A stretch of DNA of 64,000 nt. Origin: Dermatophilaceae bacterium. Its GTDB lineage: Bacteria; Actinomycetota; Actinomycetes; Actinomycetales; Dermatophilaceae. The notes under the pieces are model-generated. The model was not told the origin of the DNA. It made no database searches and saw nothing but the letters and a program-made list of their open reading frames with translations. Every line of letters starts with the position of its first letter. Within the stretch, counting starts at the first letter, position 1. The stretch spans positions 4,177 to 68,176 of the forward strand of contig JBDTWM010000002.1 in the NCBI GenBank assembly GCA_040006675.1, in the 5' to 3' direction. Shown here piece after piece: positions 51,137-59,024 of this stretch. The translations under genes and the position numbers were made by a program.

Positions 51137-52402
51137 ATGGCCCTGATACACACTGAACGGCGCGGTGCTGCCCTCCTGCTCGGCCTGAACCGGCCGGAGA
51201 AGCACAACGCCTTGGACGAGGCGATGGTCGAGCAGATCGATCGGGTGCTCGCGGAGGCGTCGCGGGAACCCTGCGTCATCGTCCTGCATTCCACGACCCC
51301 AGGGCTCTTTGCTGCGGGCGCGGACATCGCCCAGCTCCGAGATCGCGACGCGGACGCCGCGCTGAGGGCGATCAACGCCGGCCTGTTCGAGAGGCTGGAA
51401 GCTCACCGCTGGCCGACCATCGCTCTCATCGACGGACCCGCCATCGGCGGCGGCTCCGAGCTGGCGCTCGCCTGCGACCTTCGCTTGGCGACACCGCGGG
51501 CTCGGTTCGCGCAGCCGGAGCTCGCGCTGGGCATCCTCGCCGGCGCGGGCGGCAACTGGAGACTCGCTCAGGTCGTCGGCCTCTCCGTCGCTCGCCGGAT
51601 GCTGTTCACCGGTGAGGCGCTCGACGCGTCGGCCGCCGCAGAGGCGGGGCTCGTCGACGCGATCCACGATCCCGAGGATCTGCTCGCGGCTGGCTTGGCG
51701 CTGGCCGAGCAGATCGGCCAGCGGTCTTGGCGCGCTCTGGAATTGACCAAGCTCGCGCTGCGGCTGCACCGCCCGGCGACCACCACCTTCGACATCGCGG
51801 CCCAGGCCCTGCTCTTCGACACCGACGACAAGCGCGAGCGGATGACCCGTTTCCTCGATCGCCACGCGGCGCGCAAAGCCTCGCCTCCCGCTGCCCCAGC
51901 CGCTGCTGCGAGCGGCGGGCCCGACCCGGTCGGGCCGCTGAGCGTGCGTCAGCTCACCATCGAGGACGGCCTGGCCCTCGCGATGTCCCCGGCCCCGGGG
52001 GCTTGGCACGTCCACGACGGCTCAGAGATGCCGGACGAGGGCTACCGCGCCGTCGTCGACGGCGAGGGACGTCTGATCGGGCACTGCTGCTTCGGCGAGG
52101 CGGCGCGGGCCACGGGAGCTCCGAGCCATCCCACGGTGCTGGACGTGTCCATCGGCATCCGCCCGACATACGCCGGGCGCGGCTGGGGAGCGTCCCTGGG
52201 CCGGGCGGCTATTGCCCACGCGCGCAAGGTGGCTGCCGATCGCCGACTGCGGACGACGGTCCCGGAGTGGAACTCAGCAGCTATCCACGTCGCTGAGCTG
52301 TCCGGTTTCACCCGAATCGGCACGGCCACCTATGGCGGTCAGCCCTACCACGTGCTGGAGCAGGCGGGCTCTCCTCCACCGGGAGAGCCGACCGACGATT
52401 GA
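51137..52402 (+). CDS. Enoyl-CoA hydratase (PaaF-like) fused to a C-terminal GNAT-like domain
   Basis: FAAGADI, GGGSELALACD, AQPELALG in the first ~245 aa; Pro/Ala linker; then IRPTYAGRGWG and WNSAAI..SGF. Confidence 0.8.
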   Translation: MALIHTERRGAALLLGLNRPEKHNALDEAMVEQIDRVLAEASREPCVIVLHSTTPGLFAAGADIAQLRDRDADAALRAINAGLFERLEAHRWPTIALIDGPAIGGGSELALACDLRLATPRARFAQPELALGILAGAGGNWRLAQVVGLSVARRMLFTGEALDASAAAEAGLVDAIHDPEDLLAAGLALAEQIGQRSWRALELTKLALRLHRPATTTFDIAAQALLFDTDDKRERMTRFLDRHAARKASPPAAPAAAASGGPDPVGPLSVRQLTIEDGLALAMSPAPGAWHVHDGSEMPDEGYRAVVDGEGRLIGHCCFGEAARATGAPSHPTVLDVSIGIRPTYAGRGWGASLGRAAIAHARKVAADRRLRTTVPEWNSAAIHVAELSGFTRIGTATYGGQPYHVLEQAGSPPPGEPTDD

Positions 52403-52496
52403 ATTGCTGGGGCGACGCCCCACCGTCCACATCCTGATGACCTTGAACCCGTGTCGGCGAGCCGTCGGCCGGCACCCTTCACACCCGAGGTGATGC

Positions 52497-54197
52497 ATGT
52501 CCGAGCCCACCACTACGCAACCCGACTTCTTCTCACGACACCGCGAGCTGCTTGAGCGATCCGTCACCGCCATCCAGGAACGCACCAATTTCTCGGCGTT
52601 CTCGGAGAACCCCCGCGACCCTGGCTACGGGGAGAACGCGATCAACGACGGCGCGACCGCGTTCCAGGCGCTGCTCGGCAAGAAGTTCGATCTGGGCCAG
52701 CCCGAGGCGGGCACGGTTCCCGCGACCGAGAAGTCACCGTATGGGATCCCCCTCGACCTGACCTACTCCTACCTCGGCCCCGACGAACTCGTGGCGGCCG
52801 CGAAGGAGGCGGGCCGCTCCTGGCGCCGGGCGAGCGCGGACGAGCGCGCCGGTGTGTGCCTGGAGATCCTGGTCCGCCTCAACCAGGCGAGCTTCGAGAT
52901 CGCCAATGCCGTCCAGTTCACGACCGGACAGGCTTTCGCGATGGCCTTTCAGGCGGGAGCCACCCACGCCCAGGACCGAGGCCTAGAAGCGGTGGCCTAC
53001 GCCTGGAAGGAACAGCACTTCCACCCGGGGTCCGCCATCTGGAGCAAGCCGCAGCCCAAGGGCGGACCGCTGACGATGGAGAAGACATTCACGACGCTCG
53101 GGCGCGGCGTTGCGCTCGTCGTCTCGTGCGTGACCTTCCCGACCTGGAACACGTACCCGGGTCTGTTCGCGAGCCTCGCGACCGGCAACCCGGTCATCCT
53201 CAAGCCGCACCCGCGCTCGATCCTCCCGGTGGCCATCACCGTGCGGATCGCCCGCGAAGTCCTCGCGGAGGCCGGTTTCGACCCGAACACCGTGCTTCTC
53301 GCGCCCGACATGCCGGGAGAGCCCATCGCCGGCAAGCTCGCCACCAATCCGGACGTGCGGATCATCGACTACACCGGTTCCACGGAGTTTGGCGAATGGA
53401 TCGAGGCGAACGCGCGGCAGGCGACCGTGTACGCGGAGAAGGCCGGCCTCAACACGGTAATCCTCGACTCGACGGACAACTACAAGGGCCTGCTGTCCAA
53501 CCTGGCGTTCTCCCTGTCGCTCTACAGCGGCCAGATGTGCACCACGCCGCAGAACCTGCTCATCGCGTCCGCTGGGATCGAGACCGACCAGGGCCACCGG
53601 AGCGTGGAGGAGTTCGGCGCGGATCTGACGGCCGCGCTCAACGGGCTGCTCGGGGACGTCAAGCGGGCGACGGGCATCCTGGGCGCTATCTCCAACGAGG
53701 CGGTCACGGAGCGCATCGACGACGCCGCAGGCCAGGGTCCGGTGGTGCGCGCCTCCGAGGCGGTCGGGCACCCCCAGCACCCGGACGCGACCGTTCGCTC
53801 TCCCTTGCTCGTCGCGTTGAAGGCGAGCGACGAGGGCACGTACACCAAGGAGTGGTTCGGCCCGATTTCGTTCATCATCGAGACCGACAGCACTCCTGCG
53901 AGCCTGGACATCCTGCGTGAGACGGTGCGGCAGCACGGGGCCCTGACGGCGGCCGTGCACTCCAGGGACGAGTCGGTCCTGGAGGCGGCGCGTGAGGCGG
54001 CGCTCGATGCCGGCGTGCACCTTTCGGAGAACCTGACCGGCGGCGTCTTCGTCAACCAGTCGGCCGCGTTCAGCGATTTCCACGGGAGCCCGGCGAACCC
54101 GGCCGCGACCGCCACCTTGTCCGACCCTGCTTTTGTCGCCGGACGTTTCTCAACCTTGCAGAGCCGCCGCCACGTTCCTGCACCTGCGCAAGCCTGA
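52497..54197 (+). CDS. paaN: Phenylacetate degradation aldehyde dehydrogenase (PaaN type, no MaoC domain)
   Basis: TFPTWN, DYTGST, EKAGLN, GQMCT, EWFGP, VFVNQSAAFSDFH. Confidence 0.9.
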   Translation: MSEPTTTQPDFFSRHRELLERSVTAIQERTNFSAFSENPRDPGYGENAINDGATAFQALLGKKFDLGQPEAGTVPATEKSPYGIPLDLTYSYLGPDELVAAAKEAGRSWRRASADERAGVCLEILVRLNQASFEIANAVQFTTGQAFAMAFQAGATHAQDRGLEAVAYAWKEQHFHPGSAIWSKPQPKGGPLTMEKTFTTLGRGVALVVSCVTFPTWNTYPGLFASLATGNPVILKPHPRSILPVAITVRIAREVLAEAGFDPNTVLLAPDMPGEPIAGKLATNPDVRIIDYTGSTEFGEWIEANARQATVYAEKAGLNTVILDSTDNYKGLLSNLAFSLSLYSGQMCTTPQNLLIASAGIETDQGHRSVEEFGADLTAALNGLLGDVKRATGILGAISNEAVTERIDDAAGQGPVVRASEAVGHPQHPDATVRSPLLVALKASDEGTYTKEWFGPISFIIETDSTPASLDILRETVRQHGALTAAVHSRDESVLEAAREAALDAGVHLSENLTGGVFVNQSAAFSDFHGSPANPAATATLSDPAFVAGRFSTLQSRRHVPAPAQA

Positions 54198-54214
54198 CGG
54201 GGCGGGTGATGGCT

Positions 54215-54251
54215 GTCGGCCCCGGCGGTGTGCGCTACCGCGGGGGCCGAC
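54215..54251. terminator. Hairpin between the convergent paaN and paaR genes
   Basis: GTCGGCCCC-G-GCGGT-loop-ACCGC-G-GGGGCCGAC. Confidence 0.65.
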
Positions 54252-54315
54252 TCAGCACCGTGTCAAGCAGGTGCAGCGGGCCATCCTTCGAGGTGTGACC
54301 TTCGGGGAGGGCAGG

Positions 54316-54957
54316 TCAGCGACGAAGGCCTTCGAAAGCGACGGCCCGGATCACTTCTGCGAGATCTTCGGGTCGGTCGCTGCGGCGTGGCCGGTACCAC
54401 TCCACCACCGAGTTGATCATCCCGAAGAGCAGTCGAGCGGCGACGGCGGGCTCGATGTCGACGCGCAGGTCGCCCTCGTCCCTGGCCTGAGTGACCAGCC
54501 CCGTGACGAGAGAGTCGAACCGCCGCCGGCGGGCCAGAGCGCGCCGTTCCACCGGCGTGTTGCCCCGCACGCGGAGCAGCAAGGTCACCAACGGAAGCTC
54601 GTCGGCCAGGAGGAGCACGCTGCGCCGCACCAACTCCTCGAGGCGCTGGAAGGCCGTGCCGTGCACGTCGGACACCTCGTCGAGCACGGTGAACAGGCCG
54701 TCGAGCGCGCGTTCCGTAGCCAGGCGCAGCAGTTCTTCCTTGCTGGACACGTGGTGGTAGATCGCGGATTTGGTGATGCCCAGCTCGTGAGACAGATCCT
54801 CCATGCTCGTGCCGTCGTACCCGCGATCGTTGAAGACCCTGACCGCGCCGCGGAGCACGGATTCGAGGTCATGTCCGGGGCGCCCACGCCGCGTCTTGGT
54901 CACAGGTGACCTCGCCCCGGGGGCGAGATGAACTGTCATAATGTCTGACCCTGCCAT
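54316..54957 (-). CDS. paaR: TetR family regulator, PaaR-like
   Basis: GYDGTSMEDL...KSAIYHHVSSKEELL HTH, LLFGMINSVVEWYRP; embedded in the paa cluster. Alternative ATG at 54939. Confidence 0.8.
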   Translation of the reverse strand: MAGSDIMTVHLAPGARSPVTKTRRGRPGHDLESVLRGAVRVFNDRGYDGTSMEDLSHELGITKSAIYHHVSSKEELLRLATERALDGLFTVLDEVSDVHGTAFQRLEELVRRSVLLLADELPLVTLLLRVRGNTPVERRALARRRRFDSLVTGLVTQARDEGDLRVDIEPAVAARLLFGMINSVVEWYRPRRSDRPEDLAEVIRAVAFEGLRR

Positions 54958-55101
54958 TCTGGTCGACGTCTCAGAGGAACTGCAGCTGAGCAGCTAGGTG
55001 CGAGTATACGAACGACCAGGCGGAGTCCCCGGGATCGACGACGTCCGATCGGTCGAGGTCGGCCTCGCAGACGGTGCCGTCGCACCCCGCGGTCGTTGGT
55101 T

Positions 55102-55890
55102 TCAGCGACCCGTGAACGTCGGGCGCGCTTTTGCCAGGAACGCCTCGACGGCCCCCCGGTGATCCGCGGTCGAGCCCACCGTCATCTGATCTTCGCCCTC
55201 GGCCGCCAGCGCGGCCTCGAGGTCGAGGTTCCAAGCGCCCTGGAGGGCCTTCTTGACCGTCGCGTACGCGGCCGTCGGCCCCGCGGCGAGCCTGGCCGCC
55301 ATCTTCTGCGCCTCGGCCGCCAAGGTGTCGGCCGGCACGACGCGCCCGACCAGGCCCCACTCGTACGCTTGCGCGGCGTCGAACGTGGGAGCCAGCAGCA
55401 GCAACTCGCTGGCCCGGGCCATCCCGACGGCGCGCGCCAGCGTCGCTGACAGGCCGGAGTCGGCGGTGAGTCCGATCCCCGTGAACGCGGTGCCGAACTT
55501 CGCCGTGTCCGCCGCGATCCTCAGGTCGCAGGCCAGCGCGAAACCCAGTCCCGCGCCCACACACGTACCGTTGATCGCGGCGATCACGGGCTTGGGCATC
55601 GTGGACAGTGCCATGACGATGGGGTTGTAGCGCTTCTCCACGGTGGACAATGCGAGCTCCGGGCCACCGTCCGCCAGCGCCTGCGCATGCTCGGCGAGGT
55701 CTTGCCCGACGCAGAACGCCTTGCCGGCGCCCGTGAGGATGACAGCGCGAACGGTGTCGTCCTGCCCCGCTGCCGCCAGCGCCTCGCGGAGCGCGACCTT
55801 CACGTCGTCGTTCAGTGCGTTGCCCTTCTCCGGCGCGTTGAGGGTGACGGTGACAACCGCCCCGTCCTGCGCGACGAGCAGCTGCTCCAT
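55102..55890 (-). CDS. paaG: Enoyl-CoA hydratase/isomerase (PaaG-like)
   Basis: AFCVGQDL, GAGLGFALACD, GLTADSG, DHRGAVEAFLAK; Asp-type crotonase in paa context. Confidence 0.72.
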   Translation of the reverse strand: MEQLLVAQDGAVVTVTLNAPEKGNALNDDVKVALREALAAAGQDDTVRAVILTGAGKAFCVGQDLAEHAQALADGGPELALSTVEKRYNPIVMALSTMPKPVIAAINGTCVGAGLGFALACDLRIAADTAKFGTAFTGIGLTADSGLSATLARAVGMARASELLLLAPTFDAAQAYEWGLVGRVVPADTLAAEAQKMAARLAAGPTAAYATVKKALQGAWNLDLEAALAAEGEDQMTVGSTADHRGAVEAFLAKARPTFTGR

Positions 55891-55912
55891 GCGGATCTCC
55901 TCACGGCACCCA

Positions 55913-55937
55913 AACGACCGGTCACTGAACGTTCATG
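55913..55937. promoter_or_regulatory. Degenerate PaaR-like sites upstream of paaG
   Basis: AACG-AC-CG-GT-CACT and ACTG-AA-CG-TT-CATG; the latter shares the GAACGTTC centre with the other sites. Confidence 0.35.
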
Positions 55938-55978
55938 TGGTTATTCATTCTAGGACCGCACGGCGTCAGGTCAACCGC

Positions 55979-56146
55979 ATGAACACGCGTCCAACTCAAG
56001 TGCCCGTGCAGCCGCCTGCCCGGCCAGCACGAGCTCACGATCTCCGAGGCACACCTCGGATCGGTCTACCGGCGCAACGACGACGTGGTCGGCAGGTTGG
56101 AGCTGGTCCTGGAGAAGTTCGACCAGTTGGGCGAGCTGGGACGTGA
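55979..56146 (+). pseudogene. Frameshifted small coding-like remnant
   Basis: The frame starting at 55983 (TRVQLKCPCSRLPGQHELTISEAHLGSVYRRNDDVVGRLELVLEKFDQLGELGR) has high GC3 but lies 1 nt out of frame with ATG 55979. Confidence 0.35.
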
Positions 56147-56149
56147 TGC

Positions 56150-56184
56150 ACACGGCCCCCCGGCGTCTTGCCGGGGGGCCGTGT
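56150..56184 (-). terminator. tRNA operon terminator hairpin
   Basis: ACACGGCCCCCCGGC-GTCTT-GCCGGGGGGCCGTGT, a 15-bp stem 4 nt past tRNA-Val. Confidence 0.85.
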
Positions 56185-56188
56185 CTGC

Positions 56189-56265
56189 TGGTGGGCGATA
56201 CAGGACTTGAACCTGTGACCTCTTCCGTGTCAAGGAAGCGCGCTAGCCACCTGCGCCAATCGCCC
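56189..56265 (-). tRNA. tRNA-Val(GAC)
   Basis: GGGCGATTGGCGCAGG...CTTCC-TTGACAC-GGAAG...TATCGCCCACCA. Confidence 0.96.
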
Positions 56266-56274
56266 AAGACGAGA

Positions 56275-56348
56275 TGGAGGTGGAGACGGGATTTGAACCC
56301 GTGTACACGGCTTTGCAGGCCGTTGCCTCGCCTCTCGGCCACTCCACC
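56275..56348 (-). tRNA. tRNA-Cys(GCA)
   Basis: GGTGGAGTGGCCGAGAGG...ACGGC-CTGCAAA-GCCGT...CTCCACCTCCA. Confidence 0.96.
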
Positions 56349-56393
56349 GTGAGTGCTCCGTGACCCTCCTCGGAGACCCCGGACGGCCCCCAG

Positions 56394-56466
56394 AGCGGAC
56401 GACGGGATTCGAACCCGCGACCCTCACCTTGGCAAGGTGATGCTCTACCAACTGAGCCACGTCCGC
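56394..56466 (-). tRNA. tRNA-Gly(GCC), CCA not encoded
   Basis: GCGGACGTGGCTCAGTTGGTAGAGC-ATCACC-TTGCCAA-GGTGA...CGTCCGCT. Confidence 0.96.
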
Positions 56467-56679
56467 ATGTCGCACGAATTAGGAACCGAGAGCCGGTCGC
56501 TGCGTGCCCCCCGACCCTAACGGATCACCCGGCTCGTCGTCCAACTCGCCGAGCGCACGTGGCCGAACCCGGCCCCGCGGACGTGACATGCGGGTCGACT
56601 GTCAAAATGGGTCGCGGCGACAGCTCCCGTCGGCCGGTGCGGCCCGAGCGCGTCATGATCCACGAAGGGCGATCTAGAC

Positions 56680-58947
56680 ATGGACATCTGGCCCGGAAGG
56701 CCCTATCCGCTCGGCGCCACGTACGACGGCTCGGGGGTCAACTTCGCGCTGTTCTCCGGGGTGGCCGACCGCGTGGAGCTATGCCTCATCGACGAGGACG
56801 GCGCCGAGGAACGACTGAACGTCACCGAGGTCGACGGCTACGTGTGGCATGGGTACGTGCCCAATCTCCAGCCGGGCCAGCGCTACGGATACCGGGTCCA
56901 CGGTCCGTACGACGTGGCCAACGGCCACCGCTGCAACCCCGCCAAGCTGCTGCTCGACCCGTATGCCAAGGCCATCCACGGCCAGATCAGCGGTGATGAG
57001 TCCCTGTTCTCGTATCGCTTCGACTCCCCGGAGGAGTTCAACGACGCGGATTCGCTCGGGCACACGATGGTCTCAGTGGTCATCAACCCGTTCTTCGACT
57101 GGGGTCACGACCGCCCACCGCGGCACGAATACCACGAGAGCATCTTCTACGAGGCCCACGTCAAGGGCCTCTCGATGACGCACCCGGACGTGCCCGAGGC
57201 GGTGCGGGGCACGTACGCGGCGATCGCGCACCCGACGATCATCAAGCACCTGAAAGACCTCGGGGTCACGGCCATCGAGCTGCTCCCGGTGCACCAGTTC
57301 GTGCAGGACAGCCACCTGCAGGCGAAGGGGCTGCGCAACTACTGGGGCTACAACACGATCGGGTTCCTGGCGCCGCACAACGAGTACGCGGCCACCGGAA
57401 CACTCGGCCAGCAGGTGACCGAGTTCAAGACCATGGTCAAGGCCCTGCACGATGCGGACATCGAGGTCATCTTGGATGTGGTCTACAACCACACCGCGGA
57501 GGGCAGCGAGTTGGGCCCGACGCTCTGCTTCCGGGGCATCGACAACGCGTCCTACTACCGGCTGGTCGATGACGCCAAAGAGCACTACTACGACACGACG
57601 GGCACGGGCAACAGCCTGCTGATGCGTCACCCGCACGTCTTGCAGCTGATCATGGACTCACTGCGCTACTGGGCGACCGAGATGCACGTGGACGGCTTCC
57701 GGTTCGACCTCGCCGCCACCCTCGCCCGCCAGTTCCACGAGGTGGACAAGCTGAGCGCTTTCTTCGATCTCATCCAGCAGGACCCCGTCATCAGCCAGGT
57801 CAAGCTCATCGCCGAGCCGTGGGACCTCGGCGACGGCGGCTACCAGGTCGGCAACTTCCCCCCGCTGTGGACGGAGTGGAACGGTAAGTACCGCGACACG
57901 GTGCGCGACTACTGGCGCGGCGAGGCCGCCGCATTGTCCGAGTTCGCCTCCCGTCTCACCGGCTCCTCTGATCTGTACGAGCACTCGGGCCGACGCCCGA
58001 TCGCGTCGATCAACTTTGTCGTCGCCCACGACGGGTTCACGCTGCGCGACCTCGTGACGTACGACGACAAGCACAACGAGGCAAACAGGGAGGGTGGCGA
58101 GGATGGCGAGTCTCACAACCGGTCCTGGAACTGCGGTGTCGAGGGCGAGACGGACGACATCGAGATCAGGGCGTTGCGGCGCCGCCAGATCCGTAACATG
58201 CTCACGACGCTGATGCTGAGCCAGGGCGTGCCGCTGCTCGCCCACGGCGACGAGTTGGGTCGCACCCAGGGCGGCAACAACAACGTCTACTGCCAGGACA
58301 ACGAGATCTCCTGGATCGACTGGGACCTGAGCCGCGAGCAAGAGCTCCGACTGATGTTCACCGCCGCGTTGATCGATCTCCGCAAGAAGCATCCCGTGTT
58401 CCGGCGGCGCCGGTTCTTCCAGGGGAGCGCGGACCACGGCGGCGAGTCGGATCTGCGCGACATCGTGTGGCTCGCCGTCAACGGGGAGGAGATGCGCGAG
58501 GAGGACTGGCAGACCGGCTACGCCCGGACCCTGACGGTGTTTCTGAACGGCGACGGCATCCTCGCGCCGGACGAGCTCGGTCGCAGGGTCGTCGACGACG
58601 ACTTCATCCTCATGTTCAACGCCCACAACGACGAGGTCGAGTTCACCATCCCAGAGCCTCGGGAGTGGACGACCCGCAGGTGGCGGGTCGCCGTCAACAC
58701 GGCCCTGCCGACCGGCCTTCCGGACAGCGACTCCGACCTGCTCGCGCCCGGAGAGGCCGTGGCGGTGGCGGGGCGCTCCGTGCTCGTCCTGCAGGGGACG
58801 CAGGCCCCACCGGAGGTCGACGACGTCTACGCTCGAGCCGAAGCCGACGCCCGCTCATCCGCTCTCCCCGGGGCCTCGGTCACGCGAGTGTCACAGCATG
58901 GTGCCCGCGAAGACGGTGCCCACGAGGACGGCGCCGCCGAGGCATAG
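56680..58947 (+). CDS. glgX: Glycogen debranching enzyme (GH13)
   Basis: PYPLGAT, NYWGYNT, DVVYNHTAEG, DGFRFDLA, LIAEPWD, HDGFTL, SWNCG. Confidence 0.96.
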   Translation: MDIWPGRPYPLGATYDGSGVNFALFSGVADRVELCLIDEDGAEERLNVTEVDGYVWHGYVPNLQPGQRYGYRVHGPYDVANGHRCNPAKLLLDPYAKAIHGQISGDESLFSYRFDSPEEFNDADSLGHTMVSVVINPFFDWGHDRPPRHEYHESIFYEAHVKGLSMTHPDVPEAVRGTYAAIAHPTIIKHLKDLGVTAIELLPVHQFVQDSHLQAKGLRNYWGYNTIGFLAPHNEYAATGTLGQQVTEFKTMVKALHDADIEVILDVVYNHTAEGSELGPTLCFRGIDNASYYRLVDDAKEHYYDTTGTGNSLLMRHPHVLQLIMDSLRYWATEMHVDGFRFDLAATLARQFHEVDKLSAFFDLIQQDPVISQVKLIAEPWDLGDGGYQVGNFPPLWTEWNGKYRDTVRDYWRGEAAALSEFASRLTGSSDLYEHSGRRPIASINFVVAHDGFTLRDLVTYDDKHNEANREGGEDGESHNRSWNCGVEGETDDIEIRALRRRQIRNMLTTLMLSQGVPLLAHGDELGRTQGGNNNVYCQDNEISWIDWDLSREQELRLMFTAALIDLRKKHPVFRRRRFFQGSADHGGESDLRDIVWLAVNGEEMREEDWQTGYARTLTVFLNGDGILAPDELGRRVVDDDFILMFNAHNDEVEFTIPEPREWTTRRWRVAVNTALPTGLPDSDSDLLAPGEAVAVAGRSVLVLQGTQAPPEVDDVYARAEADARSSALPGASVTRVSQHGAREDGAHEDGAAEA

Positions 58948-59024
58948 GCTTCTGGCGAATAAGCGCGCCACGAGGGGCCGGACGGGGCCGACGCCGCGCC
59001 TGATCACCTGACCTCACGGCGACG

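Noticed and set aside
55001-55055. PaaR autoregulatory site upstream of paaR
   Set aside because: Only a degenerate GACG-TC-CG-AT-CGGT match in GC-rich sequence, too weak to call.
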